Origin: Smithellaceae bacterium
GTDB lineage: Bacteria; Desulfobacterota; Syntrophia; Syntrophales; Smithellaceae
DNA: 64,000 bases
Assembly: GCA_963667845.2 (NCBI GenBank)
Contig: CAXXVL010000002.1
Span: forward strand, 2,496,001-2,560,000
Direction of reading: 5' to 3'
Part shown: positions 39,879-48,518 of the stretch, one piece after another
How positions within the stretch are numbered: position 1 is the first letter of the stretch
Layout: every line of letters starts with the position of its first letter
Notes under the pieces: model-generated
The model's input: only the letters and a program-made list of their open reading frames with translations
Told to the model about the DNA's origin: nothing
Database searches by the model: none
Made by a program: the position numbers and the translations under genes

Positions 39879-41405
39879 CTAAACTATTTTGCGTAGCTCC
39901 CGCTTCAGGACTTTTCCCACGGGGCTTTTCGGGAGCTCTTTTAAAAAGGCAATGGATTTTGGCGCTTTAAACCGCGGCAGCGTTTTCAGGCAGTGGTTGA
40001 TCAGTTCCTCTTCTGAAGCAGTAGCGCCGGCATGCAATACAACAAAGGCTTTCACTTCCTCGCCATAGAGGGCGTCGGGAATACCGACCACCGCCGCTTC
40101 CTGAACCGCCGGATGGGTAAACAAGGCTTCTTCCACGGCGCCGGGAGAGATGTTTTCCCCGCCCCGGATGATCAGATCCTTTTTGCGGCCGGTAATGAAG
40201 AGATCACCGTCCTCGTCGAGATGGCCCATGTCGCCGGTATGCATCCAGCCGTTTTTCAGCGTCTCGGCCGTTTCCTCGGGTTTGTTCAGATACCCCTTCA
40301 TGACGTTCGGGCCGCGAACGCAGATCTCGCCTTCCTGAAGCTTGGGAAGCTCCCGGTCGTTGTCATCAAGAATGCTTATCTCGACATTTTTAATGGCACT
40401 GCCAACTGAACCCGGTTTTCTGGCGCTTCCTGTCCGCTGGCGGGTGATGGTGGGAGATGTTTCCGTCATGCCGTATCCCTGATAAAGGCTGCCGCCCAGG
40501 GTTTTTTCCACGGCCTTCAATGTTTCCACGCTGAGCGGCGCGGCAGCACTGATCCAGCGGCGGATGGAGCTCAGGTTATGCTTCTGGGGGTTGTATATTT
40601 CCAGGAACTTTATAAGCATGGTGGGAACGCCGACAAATTGCGTCACCTTGTGCCGGGTAATGCTCGAAAGTCCCAGCTCCGGATCAAACCATTTGTGGAT
40701 GATAAGATGCGCCCCCGTAATATTGCATTCGTTCACCATCAGCATACCGTAAATATGATTTAAGGGCAGAGGCACCAGGTAAACATCACTATTGTCCGTC
40801 GGCCAGGAGGGCGACCCGTCTTCCAGGTTGGACCCGATATTGCGATGGGAAAGCATGACACCCTTGGGAAATCCCGTCGTTCCCGATGTATACATCAGTA
40901 CCGCCGTATCATCGGGGCCCATGACCGCCATCTCGAATGCCGCAGACCTGCCGGATAGCATATCTTCAAAAGACACCGTACCGGAGGGCAGAGTTTCGCC
41001 GCCCGTGATGATGACATGCTTTATGGTTTTCAGCCCTTTGGCCGCTTCCGCGATCTTCGGATACAGTTCCATATTGGTGATCACGGCAACCGCCCGGGAA
41101 TCCTCCAGGATATAGCGAATCTCAGGCGCCGAAAGGCCGAAGACCACGGGCAGGAAAACGGCGCCTGATTTGAAAATGCCCATGAAGGTTACGGGAACCG
41201 CTGGACTGTTGGGCATAATAGCAGCGACGATATCGCCGCGCTTGATGCCCAGTTTCGCCAGAGAACCCGCGAGGGCATCGGACCGGTTGAATAAGGTCCG
41301 ATTACTGAACCGCTCTTCGAAGTTCTGCTCTTCGTAAGTTAAGATATCATACTCTCCGAATTTTTCGATGCTCTGCCAACCGTAGCGCGCGTAATTCCAA
41401 TTCAT
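39879..41405 (-). CDS. Long-chain acyl-CoA synthetase
   Basis: YTSGTTGFPKG, GYGMTE, TGD, GKVLK. Confidence 0.93.
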   Translation of the reverse strand: MNWNYARYGWQSIEKFGEYDILTYEEQNFEERFSNRTLFNRSDALAGSLAKLGIKRGDIVAAIMPNSPAVPVTFMGIFKSGAVFLPVVFGLSAPEIRYILEDSRAVAVITNMELYPKIAEAAKGLKTIKHVIITGGETLPSGTVSFEDMLSGRSAAFEMAVMGPDDTAVLMYTSGTTGFPKGVMLSHRNIGSNLEDGSPSWPTDNSDVYLVPLPLNHIYGMLMVNECNITGAHLIIHKWFDPELGLSSITRHKVTQFVGVPTMLIKFLEIYNPQKHNLSSIRRWISAAAPLSVETLKAVEKTLGGSLYQGYGMTETSPTITRQRTGSARKPGSVGSAIKNVEISILDDNDRELPKLQEGEICVRGPNVMKGYLNKPEETAETLKNGWMHTGDMGHLDEDGDLFITGRKKDLIIRGGENISPGAVEEALFTHPAVQEAAVVGIPDALYGEEVKAFVVLHAGATASEEELINHCLKTLPRFKAPKSIAFLKELPKSPVGKVLKRELRKIV

Positions 41406-41482
41406 AAAACCCTCCAGATGCAGTTTTCTATCCGAAATATCTATGCTCCATCTTCCCGGCGTTCACTTGAATGCTTAGCAGA

Positions 41483-43075
41483 CTATTTCTTCCCCCACAG
41501 GGATTGTTTCAATTCACTTTTGAGAATCTTGCCCGTCCCGCCTTTGGGCAGGGCATCGCGAAATTCAATCGTTCGCGGGATCTTAAACGGCGACAATTCC
41601 TCTTTCCGGCAATGTGCAATCACGTCATCAGCCGTGAGCGTGCATCCGGCCACCGGGACGATGAAGGCTACCGGCGTTTCTCCCCATTTTTCATGGGGTG
41701 CCGCCACAACGGCCACTTCCGCGACGGCGGGGTGAGAGGAAATGACGTTTTCCACCTCCACGGAACCGATATTCTCCCCGCCGCTGATGATGATATCCTT
41801 CTTGCGGTCTACAATCGTGATATACCGGTCCTCGTTCATCGTCGCGATATCGCCGGAGTTGAGCCAGCCGTTGACAATCGTTTTGGCGGTCTCTTCCGGA
41901 AGGTTCCAGTAACCATCGATGACGGAATGGCCCCGCATAATGATTTCCCCCATCTCTTTACCGTCGGCTTTTACGTCGCGACCCTGGCCGTCCACGACCC
42001 GTACCTGCGTCAGCATGTCCTCAATGCCCTGGCAGCGCTGCAGACTCTTGCGGTATTCCGGGGAAAGCTCCGTGAGATAGTCCTTCAGATGCGCTGTGGT
42101 TCCGCACGAGGCGGTCTCGCTCATGCCGTAACCGGCATTGATCAGGCACCAGGGGAATTTTTCGATCAGCGCCTCCTGGGTACCCTGAAGGAGCGGCGCA
42201 CCACCGAGAACAATGCGTTCCAGGCTGCTGAGATCATATCGATCCAAGTCTTTGAACTGGGTCAGTGTGTCAGCCATTGTCGGGACCAACTCCACATAGG
42301 TTACCTTCTCCCGCTCAATGAGCTCACAGACCAGATCGGGCCGGAACTGCCGCAGCATGATATGGCGGCCGCCCACACCCGTAATCATATGGGCTTTTCG
42401 CCAGCAGTTGGCATGGAAGAGCGGTATCGCCTGGAGATAAATAATGCGGTCATTGGCCGCCGCGACGCCGAAGAAGAGGTCCTTCGTTGCCGCGAGCCAT
42501 AGCATGCGATGGGTCAGGAGCATGCCCTTTGGATTGCCCGAGGTGCCGCTGGTGTAGAACATCTCAGCGGGATCATTTTCGTCGAGGTCGAAGTCTTGAG
42601 CAAGGACAGGGGACGCCGCCTCCAGCATCCGTTCGTAATCGGTTCCCGCGATCTTTGCCGGGGATGTCCCCGCGCCATCTCCCGTGAGGATGATCACATG
42701 CTCAATGCCTTTGAGGTTTGCTTTTTCAACGAGGCCGCCCAGGTCTTCGTTGATGACAAGGACCCGCGTCCCCGAATCCTTGAGGACATAGGCTATCTCC
42801 TTTGGAGAAAGCCGGATGTTGATGGGCAGGAGAATCGCCCCGATTTGGGGCACGCCGAAATGCAGTTCCAGAAGACGGTGGGTATTCATGTCGATCACAC
42901 CCACCCGGTCTCCCTTGCGGACCCCCATTTTTATCAAGGCATTGGAAAGGCGGTTCACCCGCTGGCCGAACTGGGCGTAAGTGAACCGCAGATCTCCATC
43001 AACAACGCCGACCTTTTTCCCATACTGGGAAACCGCTCTTTTCATGAAATCTGTAGCCAATAGTGGAATAAACAT
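41483..43075 (-). CDS. Acyl-CoA synthetase (AMP-forming)
   Basis: YTSGTSGNPKG, GYGMSE, SGD, GKILK. Confidence 0.93.
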   Translation of the reverse strand: MFIPLLATDFMKRAVSQYGKKVGVVDGDLRFTYAQFGQRVNRLSNALIKMGVRKGDRVGVIDMNTHRLLELHFGVPQIGAILLPINIRLSPKEIAYVLKDSGTRVLVINEDLGGLVEKANLKGIEHVIILTGDGAGTSPAKIAGTDYERMLEAASPVLAQDFDLDENDPAEMFYTSGTSGNPKGMLLTHRMLWLAATKDLFFGVAAANDRIIYLQAIPLFHANCWRKAHMITGVGGRHIMLRQFRPDLVCELIEREKVTYVELVPTMADTLTQFKDLDRYDLSSLERIVLGGAPLLQGTQEALIEKFPWCLINAGYGMSETASCGTTAHLKDYLTELSPEYRKSLQRCQGIEDMLTQVRVVDGQGRDVKADGKEMGEIIMRGHSVIDGYWNLPEETAKTIVNGWLNSGDIATMNEDRYITIVDRKKDIIISGGENIGSVEVENVISSHPAVAEVAVVAAPHEKWGETPVAFIVPVAGCTLTADDVIAHCRKEELSPFKIPRTIEFRDALPKGGTGKILKSELKQSLWGKK

Positions 43076-43100
43076 CTTTCACCTTTCCATCATCTTTTGT

Positions 43101-44426
43101 TTACGGCGCTCCATAAATCAGATTGGGGAGGAACAGGGCGATCTGCGGAAAGATCGAACAGATGATCAATCCCAGGATCTGAAGCAGTACATAGGGAATG
43201 ATGGCCATATAGATATCCTTGATATAGACCCCCTCCGGAGCGATCGCCTTGAGGTAGAAGAGGTTGTAGCCGAAGGGGGGCGAGATGTAGGCCACCTGCA
43301 TATTGATGACAAAGATGACGCCGAACCAGACAGGATCATACCCCATGGCCTCGACGATGGGCATCGTGAGGGGTGCGGTGATCATGACGATGGCTCCCGG
43401 ATCCAGCAGGCACCCCATAACGAGGTAAAGAAGCTGGATCAGGATAAAGACGCCCCAGTACCCGCCGGGCATCTTTTCAATTACCGTACGGATGAAATCG
43501 TCCGCGCCCAGGGCCATGTAAATCGTGGAGAAGCAGTAGGCCCCGATGATGATCCACATCACCATTCCTGTGTATTTCAAAGTCTGCAGGGAGACGCTAC
43601 GGAAGGTCTTCCAGTTGAGAGAGCGGTTATAGACCATCAGTCCCAGACTCCCCGCCGCCCCGACTGCCGAGCCTTCCGTTGCGGTGCAGATGCCGGCGAA
43701 AATGGAGCCGAGGACCACTATGATAAGAACCATGGGCGGGATGACCGGTATCGTGGCATGCAATTTTTCTCTAAAGGTACGTTCGCGCTCGCCTGTCTCC
43801 TCGATCGGACCGTCTTCCGGTTTAATCTTGCACCGGATGAGGATATAACTGCAGTAGAGGACGGCCAGGAGAAGCCCGGGGCCAAGGCCGCCGGCGAAGA
43901 GCCTGCCCACGGAGACCTGGCAGATCATGCCGTAGATGATCATGATGATGCTGGGCGGGATGAGAATGCCCAGGGCTCCGCCGGCTCCGACGGCCCCAAG
44001 GGCCATTTTTTTGTTATACCCGCGGCTCAACATGGCGGGCAGCGCGATAAGACCCATGGTAATCGTTCCGGCGCCGCCGATGCCCGTCATGGCGGCAAAG
44101 ATCGTGCAGACGATGACAGCGGCCACGGCCAGCCCGCCACGCACCTTTCCCGCCCAGACATGGACGGCGGAAAAGAGCCGGTCGGCCATCCCCGATTCCT
44201 GAAGGACTGAGCCCATGAGGATGAACAGCGGGATGGCCAGAAGTCCGAAGGACATCATCACTTTCCCGAAGATCAGGTTGGGAATGACGCCCATGGCATG
44301 CGGACCCCAGAGAAAAAAGGTGAAAACGCAGCCAATAGCCCCGAGAACAAAGGAAATGGGTAAACCCGAGATGAGGCCCAGAGCCATAGCGGCAAAAAGC
44401 AATACGGTAATTATTCCAGTATCCAT
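43101..44426 (-). CDS. dctM: TRAP transporter large permease
   Basis: LLAIPLFILMG, LGILIPPSI, PPFGYNLF. Confidence 0.93.
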   Translation of the reverse strand: MDTGIITVLLFAAMALGLISGLPISFVLGAIGCVFTFFLWGPHAMGVIPNLIFGKVMMSFGLLAIPLFILMGSVLQESGMADRLFSAVHVWAGKVRGGLAVAAVIVCTIFAAMTGIGGAGTITMGLIALPAMLSRGYNKKMALGAVGAGGALGILIPPSIIMIIYGMICQVSVGRLFAGGLGPGLLLAVLYCSYILIRCKIKPEDGPIEETGERERTFREKLHATIPVIPPMVLIIVVLGSIFAGICTATEGSAVGAAGSLGLMVYNRSLNWKTFRSVSLQTLKYTGMVMWIIIGAYCFSTIYMALGADDFIRTVIEKMPGGYWGVFILIQLLYLVMGCLLDPGAIVMITAPLTMPIVEAMGYDPVWFGVIFVINMQVAYISPPFGYNLFYLKAIAPEGVYIKDIYMAIIPYVLLQILGLIICSIFPQIALFLPNLIYGAP

Positions 44427-44932
44427 TAGTCATCTATTCCTTTCCGGTTTACTGCAAGATAAATGTCGGAGATCAGGTTTGCTATACCCTGAAGAAGCAG
44501 CAAAAACGCGCCCAGAGGAATGGCCAGCTTGATCGGCCACAGCGGCGGCGCCCAGTCGCTTTGAGATATTTCCAAATTCATGACCGAGCGGAAGGCGAAT
44601 TCCCATCCAAGCCAGATGATGGTGATGCAAAAAGCAAAGAAAAATGGAAAAGACATGACGTTCATAATTGCCTTCTGCCGCGATGTACGATTCATATAAA
44701 ACAGATCCATGTTGACATGGCCGCGATAACGCAGCGTATATGCCCCGCTTAAAATGCTCAGTGCGCCGAAGACCATGACGCTGGCCTCATGGGCCCAGAT
44801 CGTGGGATGATTGAAAAACGTCCGGGCAATGATTTCCCACATGATGATGAATGTGAGGATCCAGGCCAGCCACATGAGGATTTCGCCGCTGATGTCACTG
44901 ATTTTATTAATAAGTCTTACAAAAGAACGCAT
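44426..44932 (-). CDS. dctQ: TRAP transporter small permease
   Basis: Four TM segments, P.IWAHE, HVNMD. Confidence 0.92.
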   Translation of the reverse strand: MRSFVRLINKISDISGEILMWLAWILTFIIMWEIIARTFFNHPTIWAHEASVMVFGALSILSGAYTLRYRGHVNMDLFYMNRTSRQKAIMNVMSFPFFFAFCITIIWLGWEFAFRSVMNLEISQSDWAPPLWPIKLAIPLGAFLLLLQGIANLISDIYLAVNRKGIDD

Positions 44933-45062
44933 GATCCCCCCTTGGTCCAGTAGAAAGGATTGTTTGATAAATTAAGTCTCGAATACCTGTCGGCACAATC
45001 GAAGGTGTGATTGACGCGGATCCGATTTGTCCCGTGTTCCACCGTTATTCCGTCAGGAATGA

Positions 45063-45106
45063 AAAAAGGGGGGAAAGCAATTTACCTTGTTTCCCCCCTT
45101 TTTCTT
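45063..45106 (-). terminator. Hairpin with T-run between dctP and dctQ
   Basis: A-run/G-run arm pairs with C-run/T-run arm right after the dctP stop. Confidence 0.6.
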
Positions 45107-46168
45107 TTATTTCATATAACCCATTTCCTTCATGTACGATTTCGTCATTTTGACCAATTCCGCCGACTCGGGGCTCTTCTTGGCCTCATCATCCCAGATG
45201 GAATAGGCTACTTCTTCCGCCTTTGCCAGATCGGCTCCCTTCAGCACGTTAAACTTGACGCCTTTCTGGGCCATCTTGTTGAGGCCCCACTGCTCGCCGG
45301 TCCAGTTTTGATTATAGGTCATATCCATGCCCGCCTTGATCATGGCCATTTCCAGCGCTACCTGTAAATCCGGCGGCAGAGACTCCCAGACTTTCTTGTT
45401 GACCAGCACCGTCAGGTGGTTGACCGGCATCAGCGACGGCAGGAGGTAGAATTTGCAGACGTCATAGATCTTCATGCTGTACATCCCCATGGCGCCGCCC
45501 CAGGTTGCGCCCTGGATGGTTTTTGTCTGGAGGGCGCTGTAGGCCTCTTCGCCGGGGACATACACGCCCTGGCCGCCCAGCCGCTCCACCCAGGTAATCA
45601 TGAGACCGGAGGCGCGGACTTTTTTGCCTTTCAGATCGGAGAGCTTATTGATGGGTGAGTTGAACATCAGCGCTGCCGGCCAGCAATCCGCGCCGGCGGT
45701 AAGATAATGCACGCCGTGCCTGGCATAGACCTTCCGGAGGACGTCAATGGCGCGCCATCCGCCGAACATATTAGGCAGCTTCTTGCCGTACATGAAGTTG
45801 TACATTTCGCCGGGCGTCCGAATGCCGAAGGGAAGGCCGTATTCCACACTCGCTTCCGGAATGACGCCTTTGAAATAAATCGAAGGCATGCCGATCATGT
45901 CGACAACCCCTGATTTGACGGCATCGAGAGAATCAGCGCTCTTGACAAGGTCGCCGCCCCAGAACATCTTAACCTTGAGCCGCCCGTTGGTCATGGCGGG
46001 GAGCGTCTTTTCAAACATTTCAGTGTAATAGGCCATGCCGGGTTCGGATGCCACCCGCATCTGCTGGTATTTCAGCGTGTATACCTTTTCCGCAGCCACG
46101 CCGGCCATGGACATGGCAAAGAATAAGACTACCGCCAACATCACAATCCCTACTCCTCTTTTCTTCAT
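45107..46168 (-). CDS. dctP: TRAP substrate-binding protein
   Basis: Signal peptide, TNGRLKV, DLKGKKVR, EAYSALQT. Confidence 0.93.
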   Translation of the reverse strand: MKKRGVGIVMLAVVLFFAMSMAGVAAEKVYTLKYQQMRVASEPGMAYYTEMFEKTLPAMTNGRLKVKMFWGGDLVKSADSLDAVKSGVVDMIGMPSIYFKGVIPEASVEYGLPFGIRTPGEMYNFMYGKKLPNMFGGWRAIDVLRKVYARHGVHYLTAGADCWPAALMFNSPINKLSDLKGKKVRASGLMITWVERLGGQGVYVPGEEAYSALQTKTIQGATWGGAMGMYSMKIYDVCKFYLLPSLMPVNHLTVLVNKKVWESLPPDLQVALEMAMIKAGMDMTYNQNWTGEQWGLNKMAQKGVKFNVLKGADLAKAEEVAYSIWDDEAKKSPESAELVKMTKSYMKEMGYMK

Positions 46169-46649
46169 GACACCCTCCTTTGCAATAAATTAAAGTCCCG
46201 TACGGATATCGATCCGCCCCTCAGTAAAGCTGAGCCTTAAGGACCGCCGACCGAGCGGTTCCATATTTATGATGCCAGGTCAATTCCCCGTTTAAAGATT
46301 TCCCCTGCCGCTGTTTTCGGCAGTTCATTTAAAATTCTTATAATACGTGGATATTTGTAAGATGCGACACGGTCCTTGAGGTATTGCTTCAAATCTTCAG
46401 CCGTTGTCCCGGCTCCCCGATAAAGAACAATCGCCTCGGCCGTTTCTCATCCGGCCCTCCTCATCGTTATGAAATGTCAGGTTGCTGCCATTCCCCGGTT
46501 GACGAATGCCCGTCCGGAGAAGAAAGGATTCAGAAATGTGTTTCATGCTGCTGATCTGTTTTTCGATCATGGGTAAAAAATTAGTCGAATGAGGGATCAA
46601 AAGCAATACCAAATATGTGTTATGTATATATTACATTAAATATAATATA

Positions 46650-47936
46650 TCAGGCCAGGGAGCCCAGGTGAGATCTGAGGTTCGCCTTCGTTTTATTGAG
46701 CCCCAGTTTGTTGCGAAGACGCCAGCGATGGATATCCACCGCACTTTTAGAGACGTTCATCAGATCGGCAATCTCTTTGCTGGTCTTGCCTTCTTTGATA
46801 AAGTTGGCAATCTGAATTTCCTTGGGCGTGAGATTCCGGTATTTGGATGAGATCTTGCGGGAGAAGGGCGAAATAATGTCCATCAGGTTGGATTCCATGA
46901 TATCGACATAGGCCATGGCCTTTGAATCCATACGGCTTTTTTTGAGTTTATTCATATAGGGCATCACGAACGCCTTTACATTGGAAAGCACTTTCTCTTC
47001 CAGTTCTTCCCGATCGCCTTCTCTTTCTTTCAGCAGAACTCTCAAAGTGGTATTCAACTCTTTGAGGCTGCGGGACTTGATTTGCAGCTCCCTCTCTCTT
47101 TTTTTGAGGACTTGCTCCGCTTCTTTCCACCCCGTTATATCCGTAAAGGAAGCGACGCTTTTTTTCGTTCCCGGAATCATATCGACGGTCAGGAACACAT
47201 GGCGAATCCGGCCTTCGGCGTCAATAATGTCATGTTCGTAATTTCTCGGAGGGGCGGCAGGATCGCGTCGTCTCAAGATATGATACTTTCCCAATCGGGC
47301 AATATCGTTAGGCGCCACGTATTCCGTCCATTTCCTTTTTCCCTCCCATTCGGCTCTCCTGTATCCCGTCATTTTCTCGAATTCGGAATTGAGCAGGGAG
47401 ATGGTTTTATCCGCTTCGATGATAATAGTTGCCGTGCCGGTGGTTTCGAAAATGGCGCGATAGATATTTTCCGACTCCTGCAGTTTTTCACCGACTGTTA
47501 TCCGTGGTGTAATGTCCCGGGAATTGGCCAGAATCGCCGGTTGCCGTTTAAACGTGGTGGATGTGACGGTTTCCATCACCCAGCAGATCTTTCCCTGTTT
47601 CGTTACAATGCGGAATTCGTAAGGGGTGGTGCGAACGCCGGCAAGCATGTCGATGGCATTTTTTCTGGCCATTTTGCGATCATCGGGATAAATAATGGAG
47701 ATGGATTGTTTGCCGACGAGCTCTTCTAATTTATAACCCATAAAGGATAGCGCGATGGGGTTGATCATACGGAATCTGCCGTCCTGAGATACATAAATAC
47801 CAGTCAGGGCTTGATTCCAAGCCGTTTTATAAATATCCGTACTCTCGCGCAGCGACTGCATCAGGTGCTTTTCCCGCCGCAGTCTTTCTTGCAGCAAAGC
47901 GATATCCCGATGTGATGGATCAATTGACTTCTTCAT
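46650..47936 (-). CDS. PAS-PAS-LuxR transcriptional regulator
   Basis: Two PAS/PAC repeats, C-terminal LTPKEIQIA...TSKEIA...LRNKLGL; start moved to MKKSID because the longer ORF begins inside repeat copy 3. Confidence 0.88.
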   Translation of the reverse strand: MKKSIDPSHRDIALLQERLRREKHLMQSLRESTDIYKTAWNQALTGIYVSQDGRFRMINPIALSFMGYKLEELVGKQSISIIYPDDRKMARKNAIDMLAGVRTTPYEFRIVTKQGKICWVMETVTSTTFKRQPAILANSRDITPRITVGEKLQESENIYRAIFETTGTATIIIEADKTISLLNSEFEKMTGYRRAEWEGKRKWTEYVAPNDIARLGKYHILRRRDPAAPPRNYEHDIIDAEGRIRHVFLTVDMIPGTKKSVASFTDITGWKEAEQVLKKRERELQIKSRSLKELNTTLRVLLKEREGDREELEEKVLSNVKAFVMPYMNKLKKSRMDSKAMAYVDIMESNLMDIISPFSRKISSKYRNLTPKEIQIANFIKEGKTSKEIADLMNVSKSAVDIHRWRLRNKLGLNKTKANLRSHLGSLA

Positions 47937-47957
47937 GTCGATGGCCACTCGGCGTTT

Positions 47958-48056
47958 AATTCCGCTCACGCGGGACGAGCGTTGATTCCCTGTCGCTTGC
48001 TGCGAAATAATGATGTTCATTTCATGCCTCGACAGCTTGCTGCTAGGTGGTTGATT
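47958..48056 (+). repeat. Dispersed structured repeat, copy 3
   Basis: AATTCCGCTCACGCGGGACGAGCG...AGGTGGTTGATT. Confidence 0.93.
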
Positions 48057-48249
48057 TAGACTTTACGAAACGCGTTTACCAATGCCGAATTTTCCTGCTT
48101 GTCCGTGTGAGTCTATTAACACAGCTTTCGGGTGATGTCGAGATTAACCGAAGTGTCAGACGGCGAATAGAGTGAGCGGAATCGTCTGCTATCGCCTTTC
48201 CGGCACGGGTTCAGTTTGATCCCTTTTGCTTATGCGCAGACTCAAGATA

Positions 48250-48490
48250 TTAAATCCTCTCCGAATGATCAGGCCTTTGCAGGTTCCCATAGGGATAGGC
48301 CTTGTTCAGCGGGGGTGGGCCAAGAAGTGCGAGAGCGACAGGGGGCGACCCGTGTGGCGACCGGGGAGTGAGTGGCCCGGGCGGTGCGGCATTGACGGCG
48401 CTGGCGTTAAGATTTTTGTGCGTCAGCATAACGCCCTTGGGCGACGATGTCGTGCCCGTGGTATAGAGAATCACCGCCGGATCGCGAGCA
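48250..48490 (-). pseudogene. Acyl-CoA synthetase internal remnant
   Basis: ILYTTGTTSSPKGVMLTHKNL AMP-binding motif in an otherwise short, decayed ORF. Confidence 0.72.
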
Positions 48491-48518
48491 CAAGATGTCT
48501 TCGATTTTTGCTGACTGT

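Noticed and set aside
46170..46400. Hairpins in the dctP leader as a riboswitch
   Set aside because: Short stems with no known aptamer consensus; cannot be supported without alignments
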